Source of the DNA: Thalia democratica
Lineage: Eukaryota
Direction: 5' to 3'
Assembly: GCA_965202585.1 (NCBI GenBank)
Contig: OZ241832.1
Span: 52,576,001 to 52,640,000 of the forward strand
DNA length: 64,000 nt
In this document: in pieces, positions 34,909 through 49,560 of the stretch
Layout: every line of letters starts with the position of its first letter
How positions within the stretch are numbered: position 1 is the first letter of the stretch
The notes under the pieces: generated by a model
Seen by the model: the letters and a program-made list of their open reading frames with translations, nothing else
The model's database searches: none
What the model was told of the DNA's origin: nothing
Translations under genes and position numbers: made by a program

Positions 34909-35860
34909 ACGAGCATAAAGTTATTGTTATAGGAAAATTTATTAATTTTTCAAAAAACATAAAACTTTAATGTCAATTATTTTCCTTATCTTAAAAGCTA
35001 TCTAAAAAATTTTTTTTTTATTATAGAGAACGCACCTTTGCCTTTAATTTAAAAAAAAATTATTTAATTTGGGGTTGGAATTATTTCATGGGGTCCCTCC
35101 AAAAATAAAAGTTTTTTTTCGTTTTTTTTCATCAAATGGTATTAGAACCAAAAAAAAAATATTTTTTTTAATTTTTTTTTTTGATTTCCCTTAGTTTGCA
35201 TGTTATTAAAACTCTTAAATAGTTATTTTATAAATAATATTAATATCTTTTACGATTTTGCCCAAAATCAAAATGTAGTATATTACACTATCATTTGCCT
35301 TGGCCATTTCCTAGATAAAAAATTGATAAAAGGAAAAAAAAAGTTAATAAGAATGTGAATTACATCAAACTAAATTAAAATAAAATAATTTAATTAAATT
35401 AGTTGTATATTCACATTCTTATTAACTTTTTTTTTCCTTTTATCAATTTTTTATCTAGGAAATGGCCAAGGCAAATGATAGTGTAATATACTACATTTTG
35501 ATTTTGGGCCAAATCGTAAAAGATATTAACATTATTTATAAAATAACTATTTAAGAGTTTTAATAACATGCAAACTAAGGGAAATCAAAAAAAAAAATTA
35601 AAAAAAAATATTTATTTTTGGTTCTAATACCATTTGATGAAAAAAAAACGAAAAAAAACCTTTATTTTTGGAGGGACCCCATGAAAAAATTCCAACCCCA
35701 AATTAAATAATTTTTTTTTTAAATTAAAGGCAAAGGTGCGTTCTCTATAATAAAAAAAAAATTTTTAGATAGCTTTTAAGATAAGGAAAATATTGACATT
35801 AAAATTTTATCTTTTTTGAAAAATTAATAAATTTTCCTATAACAATAACTTTATGCTCGT
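34909..35860. mobile_element. 952-bp foldback/Mutator-like non-autonomous element, 452-bp TIRs, 9-bp TSD
   Basis: 34909-35360 and 35409-35860 are near-perfect inverses around a 48-bp spacer. TTAACAATG directly flanks both ends (34900-34908, 35861-35869). Confidence 0.9.
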
Positions 35861-38800
35861 TTAACAATGTTGCTATCTTTGTTACCACAGAAAAACCCCT
35901 TTAGTGTAGCACATTTGTGCAAACAGTTCGCAACTTAAATGCAGCTAAGCATATTTTGCTTTGAAAGTACTTAACTAGAAATAAATTATTTTTTTGTTTA
36001 ATATAGCTTAATATAAAAATGTGCACACCTGATTTAAATATAGTACCTGCATATTTTTCTTAAAACATTGGGGTAATTGAATTATTAATTTTATGAATGC
36101 ATTATTTTATAAGAATCCAAATTAGTATAACTCCTAAATATTCTAATTAAGAGTTGATAACACAATAGGAAGGACTTAAAAAGGACTAAATTTTTCTTGC
36201 GAATGACTTTAAATATTTTCACTACAAAACTTTCAAAATTGTAGCTGATTTATTTAGATAATTTTGATAATATTTAGTAATAGACCATTTTTAAATTCTA
36301 CCTTAGAAAGTATTTTATAACAACAGTACCCTTTTCAGACTTTTTTATAAATATTGCTTAATTTTATTGTATTTTCATAGTTTAGATAGTTAAATATTAT
36401 TATTGAAATAAACCCTAGCCAATGTCAGTATAAATGCTTAAAACTACTTGTAGTTTACACTTACAAAGAATAAACAACTTTAATAACTAATAAAAACATT
36501 TTACTACTTAATATCTCTTAAACTTTGACTTATAAATTTTCCGAAACTAGTTTTTTTTTATAAAATCTGTATAAAACTATACCTATGTAAAAAGACGTAT
36601 AAATATAAAAATAAAAATACTTTTTATGAATTTCCTTTTTGTCGTAGATCTGACATACATTTTATTTTTTGAGATTTGTATGAACAATTTTGAAAAAGTA
36701 ATTTTTTCATGTTTACTTTAAATATTAAAATATTTGTATAAGTAGTTTTGTAGAGCTTAACAACCAAACGTGAATTTTGAAATCTCTCTAACTCTTCTAA
36801 TTTGATTTAAATAAAAAAAAAAAAGTTTTTAATTTGTTTTATTAATACTTAATAATTTATTGCTTGGCAAAAATCAAAAAAAAATAAAAAAAATAAAAAC
36901 TTTCTTATTTAAACGGGAAATCGTGTATAATAAAAAACATTTTACCACATAAGCATGCTTTTAATTTTTATATATCAATTACTTCTAAACACATTAAAGT
37001 CTGTTTTTCATACAGAAAAATAACGAGCTAATGTCTACACAACTTTTTTAATATTTTCTGTTACATCTACCAACTATAAACTAGATACTCAATACTAAAA
37101 GGTATAAACCTTAAAATATAAAATAATTTTTGAGAAAAGTTTACTAAAAGCAAGCTAATTAGGGAAGTTTTTATTTACAAATGAAATATCACAAACTTTT
37201 TTGCAAAATTGCGCACTTGTAACTAACATTTATATTTTTAAGAATTATTTTTTAATGTGAAGTCAAGTCATAACCTGAAATAAACTTTCGTTAGTGACTT
37301 TTCATAAAAATTTATATATTATTTTAGAAAATTCTATTTTTTACTTTCTGATAATTATCTATATGAAATTAGGCATCTCATGCGCTTGAGTACTACCTTG
37401 CTCTTTATATACGTCTTCTTGGTAGATAGTCTCTTTTAAGATTGCGATTAAACCTATATTCGCTTTCAATTATATTTATTATATTTTTTTAGCTTCTCTA
37501 AAAATTCTTAGACTTAATATTGTGTCACGAATATATTTACCTCTAATTCAGTTGATGACGTAACATAAAAACTTTTATAATCTTTAAAGTTTCTTGAAAG
37601 GATAAATAGTAGATAGAAGTTTTTACGTAGTTATTCATTTTTTTTAAATATTTCAATTAATAAAAATATTCACCTAAAAACTTTCGCATTTAGTGATTTT
37701 TTCTCAAAAATTTTTGTGTATTCTAAGTTTGTTTAAGTTAAGTTAGTTTTTATTTTATAGTTGGTAGAAGTAAAACAAAATATTGAAAAAGTTCAATTTA
37801 GTTTCAATAGATATTATCTTATCAGTATTTTGTATAAAAAACAGACTTTAATGTGTTAAAAAGTAATGTAATAAACAGCGACTGAAAGTATAAAAAAATG
37901 TTGTTTTTTACAAAGATTGATTCATAAACTTTTTATTTTATAGAACAGCTAGCTTATTTTTACAAAACAAAACTTTAAACTATTTATTTTAAAGTTTAAA
38001 TAATATAAATATAAGTAAGTTTAAACTTACTGTAGACCAAAACAAAAGTAAAGCTCACAAACATTTTTGCTGACAACTTGTATTCTAAACCAAAATTTCT
38101 GAAATGAATTTATTAAAAAAGTAAACATTTGTGCTCTTAATGTTAATTCAATATTGTGAAGTGAATAACTACAATTATAATTTATTAGTAAGTTAAGTAG
38201 TTTTTTTTTATATGATTTTTTTAGAGAAAACCCAATTCAGTCGAGTGCACAGGCAAATATAAATAGGGAAGGCCCTTACTTAAAAGTGAAAGGATTGCTT
38301 AAAGAAACAAAAATTGCACTTACGAGTCTAAAGGATTTTTATTTGTAAAGAAAATAATTTGTCTTCCAACAGCTTTTTGATTTATAATAAATGTATTGCA
38401 TTTAAAACTGTACGCACAAAAAACTTTGAAGGTGTTTTTAATATGAAAAACAAAAAATCTAAATTTTTAAAGATCATTATAAAAATAAAGGAATAAGTTT
38501 TGACAGAAAACAACATTTCAAACAAAGTATTGCGCACATTGTTTAATGCTGTATATACTAGCTCATTTTTGTGAGAGCTAAAATTGAAAAATAATTTAAT
38601 AAATAAATGAGAGCGAAGCTTTTTAAGATTTTTTTTAAAATAAGTTTTACAATCTTCGCTTTCTTGATTGCTACCTTCTCGTAATTGTTGTTTATTTGTG
38701 TATTATATGGGCAACTCCACCCATATCTTTTAAATGATATATATTGTATATACTTTTAAAACTTCTACAATATTTTAGAATACGTTTTAAACTTTTACAT

Positions 38801-41800
38801 AAGTATTAAATTTCTGATTGACAAAACCTTGAATTTTTTACAAAAAGAAATACTTTGAAAATGTTGTTTTATTCTATTTGTAAAGTTCAAACACTCACAA
38901 TGCACCCAGAACTATAAAAAAGTTTATGAAAAAAAAAACTCATGTGTGTAAGCCATATAAAGACTGTATTTTTTTTTCATTTGTAGCTCATTATAATTTT
39001 AATAATGTTCAGTATGCGACTCGATGATCGAGAGTTGTTTTTGCGTACCTTTTATTTATTTTGAGCAATTTTTCGTTTTTGTCCAATAAACCACTATATA
39101 AAGGAATTTCGTGTGCACCAAAATATTTTACGTCAAAAAAATTTATTATTAAGGGAACAATATTATGTTTTAGTTTTAGTTTTTTACTGCTGAATAGTAT
39201 AGATTTGCAAACTACTTTAATATTATTACAAAATTAATTATAGGAAGCTATGCAGACCTATTTAAGTTCTTTATTAATCTAATAAAGCTAAATTCATTTA
39301 AAAAACTGTATATTTGGACTCAAGAAAGCAACTGAGCAAGAGTTAAATTTTTTTAATGATTTTGAATCCCCCACTTGTGTATGTACAGCATTCAGTAGTA
39401 ATTTGAAAGCAGATATTTGTTGTATAATTTCTATTTATATGTTTATATAATGTAAAATAACAAAAATAATCTTATACGTCGTAAGTGCAAAATAATCTTG
39501 CAAAGAAAAAAAACTTTTACTGATTATATTTTAATTTGTTGTTTATTTTTCTACTTTGGAATTTTTCCTTTATCTTATTATTATTTCTTACTTGCTTGAA
39601 TTATAACAAATCTTACTTGACTTCCTAAGTACATTTTTAACTTCCAACTATTTATGTTAAAAGCATCATACTAAATATAATAATAATATTTTGTTTATAC
39701 TATTTTGTATTTAATCATTCAACATACAACACTTAGTTAAACAAAACCGTGTGTTTTATACACACATTAATATAAAAGCATGCATTCAACTTAAATTTTT
39801 TTTTAAACGCGCTGCCTATTTATAACAGTTTTGAAAGAATGAAATAAACTTTGTAGTTAAAGTATAAAAGTACAACAAATATTTTTTAATGTTCTACCCT
39901 TTTAAAACGTTTTATTAATAATAAAAAAAAACAACTACAAGATCTTATATTAAGTTTAGAAAAGCGTGAACTTGGGAGCTGAATAGAAGTTTGAAGTTGT
40001 AAGTAATAAGTTTTTCAAATGTTTTTATTTTTTAAAGCTATTTTTAATCAAAAAGTTTGTAGTTGTCAAACACATATAATTTTAAATTAAACTAACGAAA
40101 ATAACTTTTTTAAAAGTATATTATTTTACCTTTTAAATTCTTTTTTGTGTAATTGATAGTTTTAATCTAGTTAAAACCTTAAAAAAATCAATTTGAAAAT
40201 AACTAAATTGAAAAGACACTAAAATTACATGTTATTAACATATTTCAAAACTTAACTTATCATCAACCTTTTAAAACATATGTAATGCAAAATTACAGGT
40301 ATTGTCTTCAACACTTGATTTAAAAATAAAAGTAGACTTTGCTTCAAAAATAGACCGTAATGAAAAAACTACAAAAAAAAAAACGTTTTCACCAGTTTTG
40401 AAACTTTATTGAGATTTTTGGAGATTAAAGGCTGAATTTTGAAATTATTTTCATCTTTTCTGAAAGTCGAACAAAAATAATGTTAGTAGAGAGATCTATG
40501 TTCATTCTATTTATAACCCTGTTGAAAGAAAATCAGAGTTGACTTCTTTCGTCTTACAATAAAAGTTTTTTTTTTTAAACAGTACTCTAACACTAGATCG
40601 AACACTTTTAAGTAAAACCAGTTATGAAATAGAATACTGAATAAAAATAAGGTAAAAAACATTAAAAGTATTAATATGTACATTTATAAATTAATTTCAT
40701 TTGCTTTCGTATTCTATATGAACTTTATATTTAAATAAAATAAGTCCAAGACTAAAACAAGTCATTTTTTACAGTCACATACTTTAAAACTATGGTAAAT
40801 AACAAGTTGTAAGTTAAAACACAAACAGTTTATACTACTAACTATACCTGATATAATTTTGTATGAAGTTATAACAGTTAATTATTTAACAAATCAAATT
40901 TTAATCGGTCTACCTATGGCAACAAATCAAGTATAACAAAACACTTTTTTAACACTTTTTGTTAGCTTAATCCGAGCAAAAGCAAACGGCAAAAGCTAAA
41001 TAAATAAAAAATTGAACTTAGCCACACTCTAAGAAGGCTGTTTGCCTAAACCAGCTGATGTTTTTAGTGCATATGCACGACGTTTCCTTACAACTTTTTA
41101 AAAGTTCAAAACCAATAACTTTTCTTAACATATCTTTAAAATGTAAAAACCTCGTAAAATACAAACAATCTTAATTTAGTAGCTAGTGCAGGGGTCAACA
41201 AGCAACGACTTGTGGAGCAGATAAGGCCCGCCAATGAAAATTATCTGGCCTTGGTTTTTAGTCCTTAAATTAAGTTGGTTTATACAAACCGTTTAAGTTT
41301 TTGTTTAAAAAAAAAGTAGCAAGTTTTTATAAAAAATATTTTTACGCTTATAGACAGTCCAATTTTTTTGGTAAAAGTACTTTGTATACCAATGTTAACG
41401 ATTAAACTTTAAAAATTGTGTTTTAAAACATATAAATTTTAGTAAAAGTCGTTAAGTTTTTAAGGAAATATGAAAATTGTTATAAAAAAAAAAAATTTCT
41501 CATTATATCACAGCTTTTAAAACATTTAGTTTAATTACTTCCGAGTTGTTGCCTGTCTCTAAGTAAACAATGTTTTAGTTTTCAATCGGAAATTTATTAA
41601 GTTTTATATCAGTATAAAGTACTTTATATATTTATGAAACACAAAGCCGTTAATAGTAATATTTATCACAAAAACTTGTTGTACACTACAAAGTAACAAA
41701 ACGTTTTTAAACTTTAGTTAAAGCTGCAAAAAATTATAATAAAAAACTAAAAGTTAAGTATATAATTTCAATAAATGAAATAAATAACATAACAAAATAT

Positions 41801-41958
41801 TTTTTATGAAAACTGAAAAGACTTCTTCTTGAAAACGATCTCAAAAAACCAAAAGGAAATCAAACTTTACTTATATATAATTTATTTCAAAAACTGACTT
41901 CCATTTATAAAATGATTAAAACACTGTTGTAGTTTGAAGACTTTTTTCTAACTAACTA

Positions 41959-42689
41959 CAGTACACTACCGCTTAAGTACGCAAATTGAACCCGACCAAA
42001 AAGTGCGTACTTAGCACGGGTAGTGCGTACTTTTTAAAGACATGGTATAATATAAACTTTAGTTGTTTGTTTTCTTTCTTAAAACTAGCCACCAAGTAAT
42101 TAAGCCAAATAAACAAGTCTTTTTATTTTAAATAACATTTAATACATAATTCTAATCTGCAAAACTTTTTATTAGATTTAAAAAAACATTATTTTGTCTA
42201 TAAAAAGTTTCTACATAATTAATACATACTATTAATATAGAAAGTCAATGTCAGTCAATGGTATAAAAAAGAATATTAAGCCATATTTTGTTTTGTTAGA
42301 AGTAAAGTACCAAACTACATTGTGTTTACCAAACATTTTGAAAACATCAATGTTTGTACATTTAAATTAAGTTATGACTTAACTATGTTGTATTTGTAGG
42401 TTTTTTAGCTTTGTCATCTAGATTTATTAATTTAATAGCATTACAGCTAAAATAACATTATTTTTTTCAGTTTTCTTCAGCCACTATATAAGTATTTTGT
42501 TTATTAACATTTAGCAACAGGACTGTCACAATTGGCCACTTAGACTACTCAGGATTACTCACCCAAATTTAAAATTTGTGAAAGTCTTAGGCTAACTCAG
42601 CAGGTTGGTCATTCTACCTTTCTTGATAAGTGCGTACTTAAGGCGTGATGCGTACCAAAAAAAGTGCGTACTTAAGCGGTAGTCTACTG
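41959..42689. mobile_element. Tc1/mariner(pogo)-type MITE, TA TSD
   Basis: TA|CAGTACACTACCGCTTAAGTACGCA ... TGCGTACTTAAGCGGTAGTCTACTG|TA (about 25-bp TIR, 1 mismatch); subterminal AAGTGCGTACTT repeats. Confidence 0.85.
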
Positions 42690-45600
42690 TAGTTATAGAA
42701 GTTAAACTTTGTAATCATTTCTAGTAAAATTTTTTTCTAAGCATTTTTTTAAATTAAAAGCTGCAGTTACATAAAGTGTTTTTTTTTTTTTTTGAAAATT
42801 AAGTAAAACAACTGTACGTATTTAAAAAAGTGTAGTATGAACTTTCTATAAAACTTTTATTTTTTTTTGGAAACAAGTAACAAAAATAATTTAAAAACAG
42901 GGTTTAAAAGAAAGTAAAACAGCAATTCTAAATTTTTAAACCAAATATTGTTAAACTTTTCATAATATATAATGATTTACTTACTTAATTTGTAAAAGGT
43001 ATTTTTAGAATATACGGAAAAATATTAAAACTATAGATTGAAATTTGTAATCTATATACTAAATCAAAGTTACACGCCAGTAGAGTAAAGAAAACAATTT
43101 ATAGTTATAAAAAAAGTTTGTTTTAAATTCAACATGTTTATTGTTTTTATTGATAAAACTTTATTTGCTTTGAAACAATCAACATATTGACTCTCTGAAG
43201 TAGTTTTAAAGTGTTAAATGATCCTCAAATTTGAAAAAAAAAGTTGTAGCAGCTTTTTATATGCCCAGGTTTAATAAATATAGCGTTTCGTCCATCGCTT
43301 AATTTTGAAAGTTAAAAGTATAACAGCTTGTTTTTGTTTATCTATCAAATTATAACTAAAAACAATGTTGCTAGAGTCATAGATTTTTTACACCTTGATG
43401 ATCATTACATTTGTAAACTTCGATAACTAAAGTTGTGTTGTTTAGACTATTTTGAACATTTTTTTGAACTAAAAAGATGGTTGCTGACCAAATATTTCAG
43501 CTTTACGGTTCGTATAGTTTGCTGAACTCCTTTTCAAAGTGTCATACTTTGAACTTCAAGCTTTTATTTATTTAGAAAATGTATTAAATGGTTAGCATCT
43601 TTGAAAATTTACCAATTATATATAAACATTTAAGTAGTTTTTTGAGCAGAACAGACTACACTGTGTCTTTTTTAATTAAGTTTTCATAAAAACTGACATT
43701 TCGGTAAGACGTACTCAACATTAACAAAAAGTCTTATGAGTTTAAATATTACTTTTTCATTGTTTTACGCAAAACATACTACAATACTTTTAAACTAGCA
43801 ATACACTTAAAACAAAATTATAAAAAGTTAATTAGATTTAATTAATTTAGAATACAAATCTAGAAACACTTACATACACTTTAAAAATCTCAAGACAACG
43901 AAAGCTTAAGTATCAGCATGTAACATTGCAAAGTTACACTAATCACATGTTTCAAAATGTTTGTAAAGCTTGGTTTATCAGTTTTCGAAAATTGCAACAC
44001 GCTTTCACGTTTCAATAAAAAAACTAAAAACTTTGAAACAAAAAATATTTTGTGTAAAACTTTCTACTCCCACAATGCACGGTACTTACCTGATCTCAAA
44101 CTTCCATATGTACAACTCACCTCAACTTATGCTATTGTTTTGTGTTCATCTTGTTTCTATTTGGTTTTTCTTTGTTTATTTTCATTTTGCCAAACCAATT
44201 TCGAAAAGTTTCGTTTTGGAATTGACCGTAAGTCGTTATTCGTTTTCAAACAGAACAATATGTTAAATTTTATTGTGTGTTTTGAAAAATTTTATTTTCT
44301 CAGTTGAAATTTTTTGAACAAACCCCAACCTTATGTTGATTTAATAGCTGTTTCGAAAAACATGATTTTATTGTGTATGGAATAAAATATCTGAGTTTCA
44401 GACTTAATAACTTGAATTTTTGTTATATTTTTTATATGTAATATGCCTTCTACGTCAACAGTTTTAGTCGTTTAAAACTATTTTTGTGTGGTAAACCATA
44501 AACTCATACACTTGTTTTTTAGTAGTTTACTTTTGAAGTTTGAAAGTTTTGATGTTGTTGTATACGATTGGGTGTTTTGTAAACAAATCAAAAACAAAAA
44601 ACAAAAACAACAATTCTAAACACTTAAGTTTTAAATTCATATAAAAACAGCATACTACTGTTCAATTTAGTCACAATCAATAATTTTTTTCTAGATTTAG
44701 CACAAAATTTCCCAACTTCACTTTTTAATTGCTGTCTTTTAAGTTATTAAATTATTTTTCGTGAATGGTAATGTAGAGCTATTTAATATAATTTTACGGA
44801 GAAATACTAAACTCTTAATATTAAAGGCTTTATATGTTACTAATAATATATTAGCTGTATAAAAAAAGTGATTAACAGTTTGTAATTTTAGAATTTAAAA
44901 TTTCGTTATATTAAAACAATAAATGTAACATAGCTGCTATAAATTTTGAATTCTTTACACTTATACTTGTTTTATTAAACTATTTTGGACATTTGGTTTT
45001 TTCATCTATTTTTGACAATTATATAAACTAATCTAATTACAAAATCTTTTAATTTACTAGCTTAAATAAAAAAAGTTAAATACAAGAAGAAACAATTAAA
45101 TTTACTTTTTTGTTATAATAGTTACATATTGTTCTCGAAAAACTAAAGTATACATCTAAATACGAATATTAAGCACCTAATGGAAAATTTTGTATTATCT
45201 TGTCCATTTAATTGTTTATAATCTATCATATACTGTCAATTAACGTTTAAGAAATAAATATAGTTTTTAAACACAAGATTAAGGCTTGACTTAACATTCA
45301 AATAAGAAATACATAATTAAGTGGTTTTAATGTGCATAAAAGTTAAAGTTTTACTTTAAAAAATCGTGAAAATAAGTTGGAATTTCTTTTTACAATTTTT
45401 TAACGTAATAACTATAAATATGTTTCAAAATTCGATTATATTATATTCTTAACATAAATCGTAAAACAACTACATTTGTTTCATATAAGAAATTTTTAGT
45501 CCTATACTTCTTACTGTACTAAAGATTTTAACAGCCATATTATGGTTAGCTGTTAACTGAAAGTTTTTGTTTTATTCTTTTATGTAAAGAAAATATTAGT

Positions 45601-47079
45601 ATATAATCAATTAACTTTTGGAATCATCCCAACTTAATCAACTTTAACATAAGATGTAAAAACTAGATAAACAATGTTAAACTATTTAAAACAATGACAT
45701 ACGTTTAATTAAAACACTTGACATGGTTTTTTTACAACGATAAGCCGTACAGATATATTTTAATAAAGACATTTTTTTATTTTAACAAGCACTAGTATTT
45801 TTTGGAATTTTTGTAGCAAGGCTAAAAGTTTTACTGTTTTCAAAAATATTACTGCACATTACTAACCAAAATGGCAGCAGACTTACGTAGCTTAAGACGT
45901 AAAAAATTCAAGCATATGCAGCTTTAAAAAAGTATCAGAATTTACTTACCAAAAATATTTTTAGAAATTAAGTAAACATCTCTAGTTTATAGAATAAAAA
46001 GTATATGTTTTTCAAATGTAGTTTTGAATTAATCAACACAAACGTTTTGAGCAAAGTTGTTTTTTCATTGTTTTCTCAGAATCACATGTCTGAGTTTCAA
46101 TCATAAGTTGAAACATTTTCCAATGTAAACATTTAATAGATTTAAAATCTTGCCAGTCAAGCAAATGTGCGTAAATAATAATTAATATTGAAAACTCTGT
46201 GTTGACTGTTGGTTTGTTTTTGAAACATTCATTACGAGTTATATTTACGAGTAAAGATTAAATTAATCAGTTTACGAGAAAAGGTGTAAATGATTTGTAA
46301 ACCAATGTTCGCGGTAGTGTCAATTATATTCGTTTGCTTGCATAATGATGTTATTTAATTTACTACTAACGCGTAATTTTTGTTTCCTGCTACGATAGTT
46401 GAATAACAGAAGTAAGATACAATTCGTAAACAATTGAAATGTAAATAAAAAATGAAAAAGAATACTTATGGTTTATTTGTTCGTATAACTGTTTGAAAAC
46501 TTTCACAATAGTTATAAATAAAGTTTTATAAGGTCTAAGTAGAGCAAACTAATAAAAGTATTATACTTATTAAAAAAAAAACTTGCTGTATATGTCGATA
46601 GTTTATACAAACTACTTTTTTTTTAATTCTAACAGACTGTTATCTTAAATATCGTAACCATTTCAACAATAAACAAACATATCTTAAAAAACTTTCGGAA
46701 AATGAAAAAAAAAAAATTAAATACACATATTTCAATGTGTTACAGTCAAAGTTAAAAAATAGCAGTTTGTTAGGTTAGTTCATATATTCCACTTTTTTTA
46801 TATTTTTTGATAATAAAATATAATACTTACAAAAATATGAAACTTTTTCAAGTTTTTGTTTTAAATTCAACTCTTTCTTATTTGGTACTCAAACTATTTT
46901 TGACAACAAACGGAAAAACATTTTTTGTGCTTACGAATATTAGAAATATTTCATCGAGCTTATTCAAATCATGAACTTCTCTAGAAGGAAATTATGTTAG
47001 ACAGACCATACTTTACAATTTTAAAGTGATAGAAATGTTTAAAAACAAGTTTTCCATGTTTGAACTTCAGTCTTATCAA

Positions 47080-47680
47080 CTTTATTTCGTTCACACCCGC
47101 CAGGCGAAAGAATTTCTTACAAACATCAAAAAAAACTTCGCGTCGAGCAGACTTCAATTTCGTTGTCAATGTGACGTCATACCAATGGGAGGCGCGTGCC
47201 CCTTCTTTGTTGTGTCGTCACAGAGCACGCGCGTGCCTCGCGATGCACGGCAGAAGGCGACCGTGAATTTGCGACGTCTATGACGCAACAAAGAACGCGC
47301 AACAGTGACGAAGACATATTTTCGTAGCTGCTAGGGTTGGCGAGCGGCGCGGGGTTATTTTCGGCGAAATGGACAAATTCGTCCCGCGGGAGTTCACGGT
47401 CGCTAATGGCGACATGTGCGCGCGGCGCCGCGACCAGCTCTGACATATGCGCAGAGGGCCGAAAGTGCGGCAACGTCCACTTTTGCACCGAAACAAACGA
47501 GCTGTTTTGAAATTAGGTTTTTGGTGAAACGGCCGCTGAGGGCGCTGAAGAGTTGGTTTGCAGATGAGCAGAGTCCCGAAGTTGTGAAGGGAAAAAAAGA
47601 AACGAATTTTGTGATAAAGAAATGCGATCGGGCCTAACCAGGAATCTTTAGAAGTTCGGACGGGGTGGTGTTTAAACTGA
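47080..47680. promoter_or_regulatory. GC/CpG-rich island with promoter-like motifs, 4-4.6 kb upstream of the ONECUT ATG
   Basis: TGACGTCA 47172, CCAAT 47182, GGGAGGCGCG, and the perfect palindrome GCACGCGCGTGC 47225-47236. No convincing ORF. Confidence 0.45.
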
Positions 47681-48579
47681 AATAAAAAGTATTTTGTATA
47701 ATATTTAAAAAATGTTTGTAAACACAATCTTCTTAACAATATGTTGAAAATAAAAAGAATAGAACCAGTTTTTAGTTAGATATGTACTAGAAAAAGCAAC
47801 TTATAATTAAGTGTTGTGATTTGTTTGCAGTATTTGCCAATAACATATGGTGGAACACACTTTATCTGTTCAAGATCTGTTTTGTTACAAAAATTTTGAA
47901 GTCTTATACTTTGTATACAAAAGATAATGTGTTCATCAAGTAAACCTGTAGTTTACTATAACAATAAGCTTAATTAATTCGTTTCTAATGTTTTATTGAT
48001 TATATAACTTTAAAACTTTACAGTGTTTCATATGATTTTTTTAGTAAAAAGTATTAAAGCTTTAATTGATGCAGTTTTCTTTGTTTATATGTAATTTTAG
48101 AGATTGCTTTTTAACTTAGTTAATTTAGTCATTTTTGAAGCATTATATTGTCAGTAAGAATTTAGTTTTTTTTTTTGCTTTTATTTCTTATAAACTTTGT
48201 ATGTTTAATTAAAGTAAACTTTTTTTTATAGCTTTTAACTTTAGCAGATATAAAAAAAAACGTTTTAAGCTATGTTACTTTATTCATTTACCGATCTAGT
48301 TTGAATCACTAGATTTACTTTTTAGAGTATTTTCTAAGTTTGTGTTGTTAGTTACACTTAAATAATTACCTAAAGGCTTTAAATTATTTTAAGTTCAGAA
48401 TTTTTTTGTAGAGTTTTAATAACTTTTATTTCATTATTTCTTACACGGTTATAATCCACTCAAACTGTAATTAATCCAATACAAAATATAGCTACAATAA
48501 AGCAAACGAAAACTAATGTTTGCAAAACAGTAGTATATTTACGTCGAAAAAAATAACATACACAAAAAATATGTTCTCT

Positions 48580-49560
48580 TTTTAAGCGCCGCCGAACAAA
48601 GGCCGTTCAAGTGACACTTCAATGTAGCTTCAGTCAGATTTGCACCAAGTCCTCTAACTTGAAAGCACGCGCATGTTTTCGTAGAAACGTGCAGTTCGAT
48701 TCATCTCAGAAGAAAAAGGTGAAGTTGTTAATTCGGTGTGTGGGCGAGAAATGTTCAACAAAATGGCTGCTGACGACGCTGGCTTTGGCGTCTCAGGTGT
48801 GTTTTTTATTTTGCAGTTTGTGTTAAAGTTTTTTAGGTTCTTGGTGTTGATTGAAGCTGCGTTATGTGCGTCAAAAGTTTAGCTGTTAGTTTAGCTGTTT
48901 TCTAAGATTATAAAAGATGTCTGCATTTTTTAATTTATTTTATTTGTTTTATTTTTTGTACATAATAGAAAGCTGTATAAATAGCAAGTACGTTCATTTT
49001 GAACTTTATAAATGATTTATTTGATTGATATTTTTCACTAATTAAACAAATGAACTAGCAAAACGCAATGCAAAGTAAGTTTGTTACTTAAACCATACTA
49101 AAAGCATGAACCAAGACAAGTCTTGGTTCGTATTTTTACCTTGACCATAAGCGTGTTTACGTACTTTATACACATCATTAAATTTCAAACACAGAAAGTA
49201 GCTAACATTTAACTAGTCACAACTTTTCAAAATGATCATCATTTAACGTACAACCAAAAAAATCTAAAACACAACTGCAATTAGAACACACACGTGTAGT
49301 TAAAACACATCAAGCAAGAGCGAACTTTCACAAGGTGCAAAAAAAAAATAGCTCGCTGAAAAATTAGCTGATACGGTTATCAAGCGACTTTGCGAGCATA
49401 AGGCCCGACTCGTCGGCATGAGAAGCGCACTGAGGCAACATCTGCCGCTGCGAAACTGCGACATACTGCAGCGGGGCGACATAACGGCAGTGGTCTGCAG
49501 CAGCATAAGTTATTTTGAGAGCGCGGCCGTTTGAACAAGGCTTGTTTGGTTCGAAAGTCT
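48580..49560. promoter_or_regulatory. Two smaller CpG-rich islands (48580-48880, 49300-49560) upstream of ONECUT
   Basis: Abrupt GC/CpG enrichment; YY1-like CAAAATGGCTGC at about 48759. Confidence 0.35.

Noticed and set aside
38225-38346. Possible plus-strand exon ENPIQSSAQANINREGPYLKVKGLLKETKIALTSLKDFYL
   Set aside because: 40 codons, no homology recognised and no partner exons.
44082-44092. U1 snRNA gene (TACTTACCTG)
   Set aside because: Only the 5' decamer matches. It is simply the reverse complement of a splice donor.
48763-48796. Alternative ONECUT first coding exon MAADDAGFGVS spliced to 51653
   Set aside because: The frame would fit, but the acceptor has an A-rich upstream region with no pyrimidine tract, and the ATG is explained by a YY1-like motif.
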